A program made the position numbers and the translations under genes. A stretch of DNA of 64,000 nt, from positions 160,227-224,226 of the forward strand of contig JBQTIY010000001.1 in the NCBI GenBank assembly GCA_052387675.1, written 5' to 3'. Below, in pieces: positions 1 to 8,361 of the stretch (the stretch's first letter is position 1; every line of letters begins with the position of its first letter). The notes beneath the pieces are model-generated. The model saw only the letters and a list, made by a program, of their open reading frames with translations, made no database searches and was not told the origin of the DNA. This DNA is from Planctomycetota bacterium. GTDB lineage: Bacteria; Planctomycetota; B15-G4.

Positions 1-507
1 CGGCAACCCCTGAGTAGCAGCGTCAATGGCCCCTATTACCGGAGCGAAATAGGTCGAGCGGGCCAAAGGGAGCAGGTAGACATCCTGAGCGAAAGCATAG
101 TCTTGCGCCTCGGCCGTGAACTCGGACGAACTGAAGATCGCAGTTTGATAGTGAAATCGGCGTACCGATGGCTGCCCCGGCGACCGCGCCACCCAGTACT
201 CAGACACATCCTTCAAGACACCGACAGCTCCGCGTACTACTGGCAATCCAATCCTTCGATGATCCGCATAGCACTTGGCCTCAACCAGTAGGCGCTGAGG
301 ATTACTGAACGGCTGGCCTATCCGAAGGTCCGCGATAGCGTCGATCTGATGTTTCGTACCCCTACCAGCCACCGTGATGCCAGCCGGGCCGATTGCCAGG
401 GTCGGGTCGGTACCAGGGTCGGTCATCGTGCGGTAGCCCGCAGCACGAAGAAGCGTCAGCACCGCCTCCTCTAGCAGAAGCCCTCGCACTTGGTGAATGG
501 ATGCCAT
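1..507 (-). CDS. Partial CDS (N-terminal 169 aa in window; gene continues beyond position 1): Mrr-cat-like PD-(D/E)xK restriction endonuclease domain protein
   Basis: Not in the ORF track because it runs off the window edge. Hand translation of the minus strand from ATG at 507 gives MASIHQVRGLLLEEAVLTLLRAAGYRTMTDPG...GTKHQIDAIADLRIGQPFSNPQRLLVEAKCYADHRRIGLPVVRGAVGVL...AIFSSSEFTAEAQDYAFAQDVYLLP. The pattern (LLxxLGY ... D-x-IDxxA ... E-A-K ... fTs.FT.eA..yA) matches the Mrr_cat restriction-endonuclease fold. An in-frame stop lies upstream at 565-567. Confidence 0.55.
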   Translation of the reverse strand, partial: MASIHQVRGLLLEEAVLTLLRAAGYRTMTDPGTDPTLAIGPAGITVAGRGTKHQIDAIADLRIGQPFSNPQRLLVEAKCYADHRRIGLPVVRGAVGVLKDVSEYWVARSPGQPSVRRFHYQTAIFSSSEFTAEAQDYAFAQDVYLLPLARSTYFAPVIGAIDAATQGLP

Positions 508-560
508 AGCTAACAGTCGATAGCTTGGAGTGCGGTCTGAGCCATAGAGCGCGCCATGCG

Positions 561-785
561 CTACTTAAACCAACCATGTCGAGTAGCTTCGGACACCAGC
601 TTCCTCAGCGTTCTCGCATCCTCAATCAGTGCCTGCCCGCGAGACGGCTTCAAGTGGCCCGATTTGCTATCTCGCCAAATGAACCGGTAACCAACTGATG
701 GACTGCCCCGGTCCCAGTGCCACCTGCATTCCTGAAAGCAGAGGCCGCGCTTGTTCCCAACTTCATTAAGTACTTTGACCCTCAT
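561..785 (-). CDS. Small hypothetical protein (74 aa) between the two Mrr-like nuclease genes
   Basis: ORF-track ORF; no recognisable motif. It fills the gap between the two nuclease genes on the same strand, and the neighbouring gene start/stop are 8 nt apart. Confidence 0.2.
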   Translation of the reverse strand: MRVKVLNEVGNKRGLCFQECRWHWDRGSPSVGYRFIWRDSKSGHLKPSRGQALIEDARTLRKLVSEATRHGWFK

Positions 786-792
786 TGTCAGT

Positions 793-1707
793 TCACTCCT
801 CCACGAAATAGTCCGAATCGATGCGCTTGATCTCGTAGGTCTCGACGGGCGAGACGCCCACGCCGTGGTCGATCATCAGGCTTGCCAACTCGGCCCCATC
901 GATAAGCGCAATCTTGCAGTCGATCTGCTTCGTGTACTCGACGGCATCTCGAGAGAAGTCGGATGTGGTGATGAAGACACCTTTTCTTGCCCGCTGGCCC
1001 TGGAGCGCGCCGACGAACTTCTGAAGTTCCGGGCGTCCCACCGTGGCCTCCCATCGCTTGGCCTGGATGTAGACGACATCGAGACCGAGACGATCCTCCT
1101 TGATGATCCCGTCGATGCCGCCGTCGCCGCTGCCGCCGACTGCCTTTCCAGCGTCCCTCAGCGTTCCGCCATAGCCCATCTTGACAAGCAAGGCTACGAC
1201 AAGGCGTTCAAAAAACGCGGGAGAGCAGCCCTTCACTCGATCCAGCACCTCGGCCTCGAGGTTAGCGCGGAGCCCTTCGTAGGCTCCCTCGAGTGTCTCC
1301 TCTGGCGTTGCTGATTCGGACTCAGCTGCGGGCTCTTGCTCTGTAGCCTCCTCCCGCTGGCGGCGAATCGCCCGAAACGCCCGATACTCCTCGAACCGCT
1401 CGAGGTACGGCATGTCGATCCTGACTGGCGCGGACCTCAGGACATCCTTGCCGCGTTCGGTGATTAGAAACACTCCCCGGCGCGGCGAAGCAAGCAGACA
1501 TGACTTGCCGAGGAAAGTGCGAGCCCACCCCGTGCGGTTGTGAAGGACTGTCTGCCGACCACTGGGCAGAAGCGAGACCTTCTCCGCCTCCGTGAGCCGA
1601 AACTCCACCGCCATGGCGTCGACTGCCTCGCGGAGGGTGTGAGCCTTGTCATCGGCCGCAAACCGAAGCAGCGGGAGCATGAGCGTCTGGAAATCCGGAA
1701 CCGGCAT
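793..1707 (-). CDS. mrr: Mrr restriction system protein (type IV modification-dependent restriction endonuclease; N-terminal winged helix + Mrr_cat nuclease)
   Basis: 304 aa. N-terminal MPVPDFQTLMLPLLRFAADDK..LREAVDAMAVEFRLTEAEKVSLLPSG is a Mrr_N-like winged helix. C-terminal ...FFERLVVALLVKMGYGGTLRDAGKAVGGSGDGGIDGIIKEDRLGLDVVYIQAKRWEATVGRPELQKFVGALQGQRARKGVFITTSDFSRDAVEYTK is a canonical Mrr_cat (D..IDG...QAKRW). Confidence 0.85.
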   Translation of the reverse strand: MPVPDFQTLMLPLLRFAADDKAHTLREAVDAMAVEFRLTEAEKVSLLPSGRQTVLHNRTGWARTFLGKSCLLASPRRGVFLITERGKDVLRSAPVRIDMPYLERFEEYRAFRAIRRQREEATEQEPAAESESATPEETLEGAYEGLRANLEAEVLDRVKGCSPAFFERLVVALLVKMGYGGTLRDAGKAVGGSGDGGIDGIIKEDRLGLDVVYIQAKRWEATVGRPELQKFVGALQGQRARKGVFITTSDFSRDAVEYTKQIDCKIALIDGAELASLMIDHGVGVSPVETYEIKRIDSDYFVEE

Positions 1708-2114
1708 GGAGGCCCTTTCCCTAAGCGCGAGGGCGGCACCCTATCGCGAGCGCGATGTGTCGCACAAGGCCCGGCGCTCCGAGAGCTGATCACTAAAGGG
1801 CAACTCGCCGAGCCCGTGCCCACCCGCCTCGGCACTTGCTCATGGTCGGAGAAATCATGTTTGAGCTGCTCTGCTAGGCCGAGGGAAGTCGGGGATTGCG
1901 CCACATCATCTACACCTCAGCCTTCGGCGCCTCGCAGTTCGCCCATTCCGCGTTGCGGGCTGCCGTCGTGGGCGCGCGAGTAGTGTTCAATCTCACCAGC
2001 ACTTAAGCGTGGTGTCAGGGTGGTGATCTCAGCCTGGGCGACCGGTTCTGAGTTTTCGGGAGGCACAACGGCCACAGACACCAATTGCTGCTGCGACTGT
2101 CTTGCCGCTGCCAC

Positions 2115-2489
2115 TCACGGCGTACTCAGCCCGTAGATCGTAAACGCGAACGCCGTCGCGTACGCAACCCCCAGAGCGCCAACTGACATGGCGACGAGTT
2201 CTCCTGCGTTCATCTTTTGCCCAGCTTGGTCACCGAACTGTCGCGCCACGCCGAGGACAGCCAAAAGAACCAAGGTGAAGAAGACCAGATACGCGCCCAC
2301 AACCACAAATATCCCAACCGCACTAGCTGTGAGCCCTTTCATCTCCGCCTCCGCCAGGATCGCTTTCAACGTGCCACCGAGAGTCATGACCTCCGTAAGT
2401 TTCAAAACACTGATTCCAAGCAGAATGCTCAAGACAAGCAAGTAGCGGTCGCCCAATTGATCATTCTTGTTCGACAATTCGGGGGCCAT
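2115..2489 (-). CDS. Small integral membrane protein (124 aa, 3-4 predicted TM helices), last gene of the ECF-like module
   Basis: Hydrophobic segments LLVLSILLGISVLKL, VGIFVVVGAYLVFFTLVLLAVLGV, VGALGVAYATAFAFTIYGL. It directly abuts the upstream S-component gene (2489/2490). Confidence 0.5.
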   Translation of the reverse strand: MAPELSNKNDQLGDRYLLVLSILLGISVLKLTEVMTLGGTLKAILAEAEMKGLTASAVGIFVVVGAYLVFFTLVLLAVLGVARQFGDQAGQKMNAGELVAMSVGALGVAYATAFAFTIYGLSTP

Positions 2490-2963
2490 CTACTTCGCCT
2501 CCGGTTGCGGAAACGCCAGCTGCACTCCCCTATGGACCGCTATGCCACCCACTGCCCCCACAACCGCCTGTACCGCGTTGAATGGGAGCTCGCTCACAGC
2601 CGCCGCCAACCCCATGCCGGGAAGAAATATCTCTGCCACAAAGTAAACGAATACCATGGCACCGACCGCCAAACCGACCCATCCCCCGTGCTTGCGACCA
2701 AGGCTGCCCGCAATGAACCCCTCCAGCCCCTTCGCTAGCAGAGTCACCGGAGCGAATATGAAGAAGCCACCAATCATGTCTGCAGCCGCACTCCCCGCCC
2801 CACCAGCTATCGCCCCATACTTTTTGCCGAGGAACAGACCACTGAATACTACGGCCATGTCACCGAGATTCAGGTAGCCCTGGGTTCCGGGTATCGGAAT
2901 CCGGATAACCATGGTCAGGGATGCCACTACTCCCGCGAGCAACAGGACAACGAACCACTTCAT
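2490..2963 (-). CDS. ECF transporter substrate-specific (S) component-like membrane protein
   Basis: 157 aa, about 5-6 TM. N-terminal MKWFVVLLLAGVVASLTMVIRIPIPGTQGYLNLGDMAVVFSGLFLG and the glycine-rich middle (GAIAGGAGSAAADMIGGFFIFAP) resemble ThiW/QueT/BioY-type S components. Its start overlaps the stop of the fused ATPase/T gene by 4 nt (2960-2963). Confidence 0.6.
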   Translation of the reverse strand: MKWFVVLLLAGVVASLTMVIRIPIPGTQGYLNLGDMAVVFSGLFLGKKYGAIAGGAGSAAADMIGGFFIFAPVTLLAKGLEGFIAGSLGRKHGGWVGLAVGAMVFVYFVAEIFLPGMGLAAAVSELPFNAVQAVVGAVGGIAVHRGVQLAFPQPEAK

Positions 2964-5266
2964 CTCTTACCTCCACTTTTGAGTGCCTTGTGTTGAGCAA
3001 CCGTCCTCGACATGCACATCCACGCCCAGGGTGACCAGACGAGGATATTGCGTATCACTGTCCCGAGGAGCTCAGGGGAACGGCGCAGCGCTACCCACGC
3101 TTGCCTTGGGACCATGTTTGCAGCCTCGAAGTCCGGCCAACGACTGAGCATGACCATGGCTTGCATCGTATCCAAAAGCGCTTCAGTTGCGAATTCCGCC
3201 GAACGAAACAGCAGAGTGGCCCGGCGCCGCCATCTCCCGAACAAGCCAAACTCCAAGGGAGACGTGAACTGGAAGAACAGCATGCCGCTTGTGATTGTCG
3301 CCAACATGCGTAGGGGATGCGAAAGCGTGTAGAGCCACCGTGTAGTTGGTGTATCCAGGGACATATAGGGCGAGAGACTTGCGCCCGACATAACCACGAG
3401 CGCAGCTACCGCAACATACAAGAGAGATCCAAAGGCCCATGTCACCATCAAGATGTGAAACGCTGATCTCTGCACCGCGGCACGCAAGAGCACTACGAGA
3501 AGACTTGCAACCAGGGACAGTGCTACACAGTAGACGACCAACGTAGATTCTGAGACAACGAACACGAAGCCGTAGCAGAATGTCGCGACAGCCACAAGGC
3601 CCAACAACTTTAAGGACAGCGGCGCACTCCATAGCATCGCGCGTGCATGGGTCTCTCTCCCGGCATCCGCGCCATGGACCGCTTCCTGATGAGGAGGGCG
3701 CTCCCTACTGATATGACCGTCTGTCAGGTAGAGCAGTTCCGCTCGGAGGGAATCTGCGAGATGCGTGTTATGCGATATCACAAGGATGCTGCGGCTGTCA
3801 CCGCACATGCTACTTAAGGCTGTGAGAAACTCGGCTTCGTCCTTTGCAGACAAGCCCCAAGTCGGCTCGTCCAGCACCACCACTCGGGTCGTCGGCGTGA
3901 TCGCTGAGGCCAACACAAGGAGTTTCTGCTGAAGCGGCGTTAGTTGAATTACACATCGATGGTCCGGAACGGGCACCCAGCTATCAATCAACTGAAGCGC
4001 TATCGCGTTGTCGTGGCAGTGCTTCTTGTAGCTACCCACGGTGGGCAGAGGTAGCTGCTGTAGCGGATACTGGCTGAGGTACGTCACGCAAGACAAGATG
4101 TCTTCACGAGTAAGGGACGCCAATGGTGTTCCGTTGAGCTCAACCATCCCTTTGTCCGGTGTCAACAGCTTGTACACCAGCTTTGCAATACTAGACTTGC
4201 CAGAACCGTTGGGGCCAACGATGCAATAGTTCTGACCGGGATAGATCGCGAAGGACAGCGCGTCCAACAGCGGCTCTTGACGCACGATTTCTGACCCCGG
4301 ATAGTCGAGGAAGCTGACTTCCTTAAACTGGACAAGCGGGGCCGTACCTTCCGGACGTACTCCAGTGGGTATTTGGTCGCGTCGCCGCTCGGGTCTGTGA
4401 ATGTCTTCTAGAAAATCCATCGGCCGAAGCTGCCCTCCATCGAGAAGGTAAGCGGCATCGGTGACGCAAAGCAGATCTTCCCTCTCATGTTCGAGCAAGA
4501 CGATGTGGGATGAACGCGCACTCCGGATAGCCGCGAGCAGGGCCGCCCTGCCCGAAGAATCAAGCCAGGGAACTACTCCATGAAGCGCATAGCAACTGCG
4601 ATCACTGGAAAAGGCTAGGGAAAGGGCTACACGCATCCGCTCGCCACCGGAAAGCGCCGAAAGGGTGCGCCGCAGGAAGGATGGTGCAAGACCAAATCGC
4701 GTGAGTGCGCTTATGGCTTGGTTGCGGTCCATCCCAAGAGAGCGGAAGTTGTCCTCAACCCGGGAGAAGAGCAGCATCTGATCGGGATCGGGGCCGACGT
4801 ACGCGGTCGATTCTGGGAGAGCGCCCTCAACTACATCCAGTTTGCCTGTGTAGGGCCTAAGAAGTTCTTCGATGGGTGCCCATGGAACAACACCGTCGGT
4901 AATGGGAATTAGGCCTGCGATAATCCCGCCAAGCACGTGGTACGCAGGGGTGTTTTCTCCAACGATCAGACACGGGCGTCCGGGTGTGAGTTCGATCCTG
5001 GCTCCATCGAGCAGCACGACGCCACACTTCAGTACGTAGTTGAGCTTCATGCTAAGCACAGGCGCCATCTCATTCTCTGCCACCAGGATGTTCCACGGAG
5101 AGTTCGTCGCCATTCGGTGTCGCTGAGTCGCAGAGTGTGCCTCGCGGTAGATCCCCCCCCAACACTTCCGTTCAGCGGCGGCGCGTAGCACCGCCCTCTG
5201 CGTGCTGTTGTTGGGCGGCGCCGCTAAGTGCCCCGCTTCGGGAGTTGGTCGATTCGGCCCGGTCAC
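2960..5266 (-). CDS. Fused ECF-type ABC transporter energy module: NBD1 (degenerate) - NBD2 (consensus) - EcfT/CbiQ-like transmembrane domain in one 768-aa polypeptide
   Basis: NBD1 has an atypical P-loop (LIVGENTPAYHVLGG), an intact signature (LSGGERMRV) and a degenerate Walker B (IVLLEHE). NBD2 has Walker A GPNGSGKSS, Q-loop LSQYP, Walker B VVVLDEPT and H-loop ISHN, with a degenerate signature (LTPLQQK). The C-terminal ~230 aa carry 5-6 TM helices (LLGLVAVATFCYGFVFVV, LVVYCVALSLVASLLVVLL, LMVTWAFGSLLYVAVAALVVM) and an amphipathic EcfT-like coupling segment. The true start may be the internal MATNSPW (about 5113); the longest ORF start overlaps the DUF4145 gene stop by 4 nt. Confidence 0.7.
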   Translation of the reverse strand: MTGPNRPTPEAGHLAAPPNNSTQRAVLRAAAERKCWGGIYREAHSATQRHRMATNSPWNILVAENEMAPVLSMKLNYVLKCGVVLLDGARIELTPGRPCLIVGENTPAYHVLGGIIAGLIPITDGVVPWAPIEELLRPYTGKLDVVEGALPESTAYVGPDPDQMLLFSRVEDNFRSLGMDRNQAISALTRFGLAPSFLRRTLSALSGGERMRVALSLAFSSDRSCYALHGVVPWLDSSGRAALLAAIRSARSSHIVLLEHEREDLLCVTDAAYLLDGGQLRPMDFLEDIHRPERRRDQIPTGVRPEGTAPLVQFKEVSFLDYPGSEIVRQEPLLDALSFAIYPGQNYCIVGPNGSGKSSIAKLVYKLLTPDKGMVELNGTPLASLTREDILSCVTYLSQYPLQQLPLPTVGSYKKHCHDNAIALQLIDSWVPVPDHRCVIQLTPLQQKLLVLASAITPTTRVVVLDEPTWGLSAKDEAEFLTALSSMCGDSRSILVISHNTHLADSLRAELLYLTDGHISRERPPHQEAVHGADAGRETHARAMLWSAPLSLKLLGLVAVATFCYGFVFVVSESTLVVYCVALSLVASLLVVLLRAAVQRSAFHILMVTWAFGSLLYVAVAALVVMSGASLSPYMSLDTPTTRWLYTLSHPLRMLATITSGMLFFQFTSPLEFGLFGRWRRRATLLFRSAEFATEALLDTMQAMVMLSRWPDFEAANMVPRQAWVALRRSPELLGTVIRNILVWSPWAWMCMSRTVAQHKALKSGGKR

Positions 5267-5934
5267 CCCTTATCGCGTTTCGCGATCGCATCCAACTTCT
5301 CCTTGGGGAGTGAACCGTAGATGCTACTGATCTCATTGGGCTCCGTGATCAGCTTCGTTGCGATGAAGTTAACGAGCTTGAAGAGAGCACCCGCGACCGC
5401 GCGATTGTCGCGAAGATCAATCGCTCCCGGGTGAACGGCCTCGTTTCCTATCACGCGCACGCTGTCGAGGGCCTCCTGAACCCTTGGCGGAAGTCCGGCC
5501 GCAACCAGCGCAGCGACATCATCATTGATGTTCTTGCCAGGTTGGCCCAAATGAGAACAAAGCCTCTGAATCGCTAGTCGAAGAAGCGCAGCCGAGCCAC
5601 GGGGTGAAGCAGCTAGAATCGCCCGCGCTTCCTCATAATCGTTCTTGATGTCGGCGGGCAGATCCGGGTTCGGTGGCTCAGCACCCCCAGTGTTTGGAAA
5701 GAGCATTCTGTCGCCCAGCCAAATGGTGGGATAGCGGCACCGCTCGCACTGGCTCACGAGGAATCTCGAATCTCGAAACTCCTCGCCAAAGCCGTTAGCC
5801 ATCGACGATCCATGCATGTAGAACCAGACCTGGCGGCAGTAGACGTGGCAGTTCACACAGTTGAACGCGTCAAGTCCATTCGCGGGCAGCACGTACTCAG
5901 GCTTCATACGTTCCTTTCGGCCGCCCAACCGCAA
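5263..5934 (-). CDS. Zinc-ribbon + DUF4145-like domain protein (first gene of the island operon)
   Basis: 223 aa (a likely start MKPEYV at about 5907 gives 214 aa). The N-terminus has CVNCHVYC...CERCRYP, a CxxC...CxxC zinc ribbon. The C-terminal ...LRLAIQRLCSHLGQPGKNINDDVAALVAAGLPPRVQEALDSVRVIGNEAVHPGAIDLRDNRAVAGALFKLVNFIATKLI is an all-alpha DUF4145-like region, a domain typically found fused to restriction-modification/Abi proteins. Lower GC. Confidence 0.5.
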   Translation of the reverse strand: MRLGGRKERMKPEYVLPANGLDAFNCVNCHVYCRQVWFYMHGSSMANGFGEEFRDSRFLVSQCERCRYPTIWLGDRMLFPNTGGAEPPNPDLPADIKNDYEEARAILAASPRGSAALLRLAIQRLCSHLGQPGKNINDDVAALVAAGLPPRVQEALDSVRVIGNEAVHPGAIDLRDNRAVAGALFKLVNFIATKLITEPNEISSIYGSLPKEKLDAIAKRDKG

Positions 5935-6391
5935 TCAGACCGGTCTGTGTTTTCAGTTTGCCCGCTGCCAAGCACGGCGGGCAGGGTCGCATCAAATCGG
6001 TTACAGTCGTCCCGGTGGATTCGAGTTGCGGAACTCACGTTGCCGTCATCGCACCACGAAGGAAAGGCCTGCTCTTGCCTCGCAAACGCAGCGATTGGCT
6101 GTCGCGAGAGCCTAGCGATTGCGCTCTCGTCGGCCGAGCAGTTAACCACGCCCATTTTGAGCCCCTTTCGCGGAGAGCAAGAGAGCGTTGTAACCGCCAT
6201 CGCGCGGGCCGTGAAGGCTTCGGCGGTCAACTGCCTGCGAGCCACATCACCTGCGCGTCGCGCCCGGCACGACACCCCTCGCAATCCTGCGCAGAACGGG
6301 CGATTCCTGGCGCTCGCCGCGCGGCCGGTCGCGGCGCTCGCGGAGCCTTCCGAGCACCCCGCCCTTGCCCGCCTCGTTCGCATGGAGGCGA

Positions 6392-6465
6392 TGGTTCCCG
6401 AACTAGGATTCGAACCTAGATACCCAGATCCAGAATCTGGTGTCCTGCCGTTGGACGATTCGGGA
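6392..6465 (-). tRNA. tRNA-Gln (anticodon CUG)
   Basis: The reverse complement of 6392-6465 folds as a 74-nt cloverleaf: acceptor UCCCGAA/UUCGGGA with a U1:A72 pair (typical of bacterial tRNA-Gln), D stem GUCC/GGAC, anticodon stem CCAGA/UCUGG, loop UUCUGGA (anticodon CUG), T arm CUAGG-UUCGAAU-CCUAG, discriminator A, encoded CCA. Confidence 0.8.
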
Positions 6466-6589
6466 AACGATGGATCGCGAGGCCGGTCCTCAAGACCGAA
6501 GCCGCAAGGGGCCATTGTGGCGAAGGCGCAGCGGAAGCGTCAACGCCGCGCCCTTCTGCCAGCGCGCCCTTTTGCGAGAATGCGCGGGA

Positions 6590-7507
6590 ATGCCCACCGC
6601 TCACACCGTCCCCGCGATGACCCCCACCACCGAACCGCTCAGCTTCCTCGGCCTGCCGGACGCCGGCCCTGCCGCGCAGGTGGCTGTCGTGCTGGCGCCC
6701 TACGACCTCACGAGCACCTACGGCAAGGGCGCCGACCGCGGCCCGGCCGCCCTGCTCGCCGCGAGCGGCGCCGTGGAAACCTGGGACGACGAGACCGGCC
6801 GCGACCTCGAAGAGCTGGGCTACACCACCTGGCGCCCCGCCGACCCGGCCGCCTTCGGCCGCCTGCGCCCCGAAATCATGGTGCGCGAACTCGAGCGCGC
6901 CCACGCCGCGCACATCGAGGCCGGCCGCTTCACGCTGGGCGTCGGCGGCGAGCACTCCATCAGCTACGGCCAGTTCGCGGCCTTGCGCGCGCGCTACCCC
7001 GACCTCGCCGTGCTGCAAGTGGATGCGCACTGCGACCTGCGCGACACCTACAAGGACAGCCCCCACAGCCACGCCTGCATCGCGCGCCGCTTCCTGGAGG
7101 ACGGCGCGCCGCTCGTCCAAGTGGGCATGCGCAGTTGCAGCCGCGAGGAGGCGGCGCTCATCGCCGCGCGCCGCCTCACCGTGCACTGGGCGCGCGACGT
7201 GGCCGGCCGCGTGGCCTATCACCGCGACGTGCTCGCGGTGCTCGCCAACCGCCCCGTCTTCGTCACCGTGGACCTGGACGGCTTCGATCCTTCGCTTGTG
7301 CCCGCCACGGGCACGCCCGAGCCCGGCGGCCTGACCTGGTTCGACGTCACGCGCCTGCTCTTTGCCGTCGCGCGCCACAACACCGTGGTCGGCGCCGACA
7401 TCACCGAGCTGGCGCCCACGCCCGACGGCGTCTTCTCGCGGCCCAGTGAGTTCCTCGCCGCGCGCCTGGCCGCCAAGATGGTGGCCTACTTCGTCAAGGC
7501 GCCTTAA
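6590..7507 (+). CDS. Arginase/agmatinase/formiminoglutamase-family ureohydrolase
   Basis: GVGGEHSISYG, VLQVDAHCDLRDTY, VTVDLDGFDPSLVPATGTPEPGGL are the Mn-binding motifs of the arginase fold. The ORF-track N-terminus (GTG at 6440) overlaps the tRNA and is probably spurious; the ATG at 6590 (MPTAHT) is in frame. Confidence 0.8.
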   Translation: MPTAHTVPAMTPTTEPLSFLGLPDAGPAAQVAVVLAPYDLTSTYGKGADRGPAALLAASGAVETWDDETGRDLEELGYTTWRPADPAAFGRLRPEIMVRELERAHAAHIEAGRFTLGVGGEHSISYGQFAALRARYPDLAVLQVDAHCDLRDTYKDSPHSHACIARRFLEDGAPLVQVGMRSCSREEAALIAARRLTVHWARDVAGRVAYHRDVLAVLANRPVFVTVDLDGFDPSLVPATGTPEPGGLTWFDVTRLLFAVARHNTVVGADITELAPTPDGVFSRPSEFLAARLAAKMVAYFVKAP

Positions 7508-8361
7508 CCCGGCGCGGATTCCCCGGCCGTTGCGCTGCCGGCGAACTCCTTGCGCCGCAGCACGAAGGTCGTGAGCGCGAGCGTGGCCACGATGACGGCG
7601 CCTAGCATGAGCAGCGACTCAGTGGCCGTCGTGGGATCGACGAGCTGCTCCTGATTGCGTTCGAGCGTCAGCGGCTCAAAGGCATCGTGCCCGGTGCCGA
7701 GCCAGAGCAGATTGCGGGCGTGGTAGGAAAGCGAGGCGAAGGCGAAGCCCTGCGGCAGCCGCGAAATGAAGCCCTCGAAGACGAGCACATAGCCCAGTGC
7801 CGTCACGACCGAGCGCCGCAGCAGGATGCCGAAGCAGACGAAGACGGCGATGTAGGCCGCGATGGCGAGCGCCGCCACACCGAGAATGAGCAGGACGTCG
7901 GGCAGGTAGTGCTCGAGCGCGCCTTCGAAGCTCAGCACACAGAGTACGAAGAGCAGCGCGATGGCCGGCAGCAGCAGCACGAGCGCGCGCCGCACCGCGG
8001 CAAACCAGCGGCCGACGACCAGCGCCCCGCGCGACAAGGGCGCGCCGATCACATAGCCCGCCGTGCCGCCCTCCCACTCGTCGCCGAAGGCCGCCGTGCC
8101 GAGAAAGATCGTGGTGAGCGGAACGATGACGCCCAAGATCGCCGAGTTGACCCACTTGGCAAAGTGATTGAAGGCCTGGCCGCGGCCCTCGCCCCAGAGC
8201 AGGAAGGCGATCTGAATGACGAGCGGCAGGGCGACGAGCGCCGCCACACCCCACAGGCGACGCCCGCGCAGCGCGCCGGCGCTGCTCGTGGCCGCCGCCA
8301 CCCACACGGCGCGCAGGCCCGTGGGCGGTGCCGGCCGGCGCGTGGCTCCGTCGCCGCTCAT
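7504..8361 (-). CDS. ABC-2 family transporter permease
   Basis: 285 aa, 6 predicted TM. The start overlaps the stop of the upstream ATPase by 4 nt; the stop overlaps the convergent ureohydrolase gene by 4 nt. Confidence 0.65.
   Translation of the reverse strand: MSGDGATRRPAPPTGLRAVWVAAATSSAGALRGRRLWGVAALVALPLVIQIAFLLWGEGRGQAFNHFAKWVNSAILGVIVPLTTIFLGTAAFGDEWEGGTAGYVIGAPLSRGALVVGRWFAAVRRALVLLLPAIALLFVLCVLSFEGALEHYLPDVLLILGVAALAIAAYIAVFVCFGILLRRSVVTALGYVLVFEGFISRLPQGFAFASLSYHARNLLWLGTGHDAFEPLTLERNQEQLVDPTTATESLLMLGAVIVATLALTTFVLRRKEFAGSATAGESAPG

Larger units (their letters stand above)
1..6391. mobile_element. Putative genomic island (lower GC, about 55-58% vs about 72% flanking) abutting the 3' end of tRNA-Gln; the left boundary lies outside the window
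   Basis: Sharp compositional shift. Cargo is restriction nucleases, a DUF4145 protein and a transporter module. It is adjacent to a tRNA 3' end, the classical integration site. No integrase or att direct repeat was seen inside the window. Confidence 0.4.

Noticed and set aside
1917-2114. 65-aa minus-strand ORF in the 400-bp spacer between the small membrane protein and mrr
   Set aside because: Low-complexity, no start-context support; more likely non-coding spacer or promoter region of the island.
5812-7449. 545-aa plus-strand ORF (Arg/Pro/Ala-rich) spanning the tRNA-Gln gene and the ureohydrolase gene
   Set aside because: Arg-rich, low-complexity translation with no motif. It overlaps a tRNA and a well-supported CDS in another frame. 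It is a typical stop-codon-poor artefact of 72%-GC DNA.
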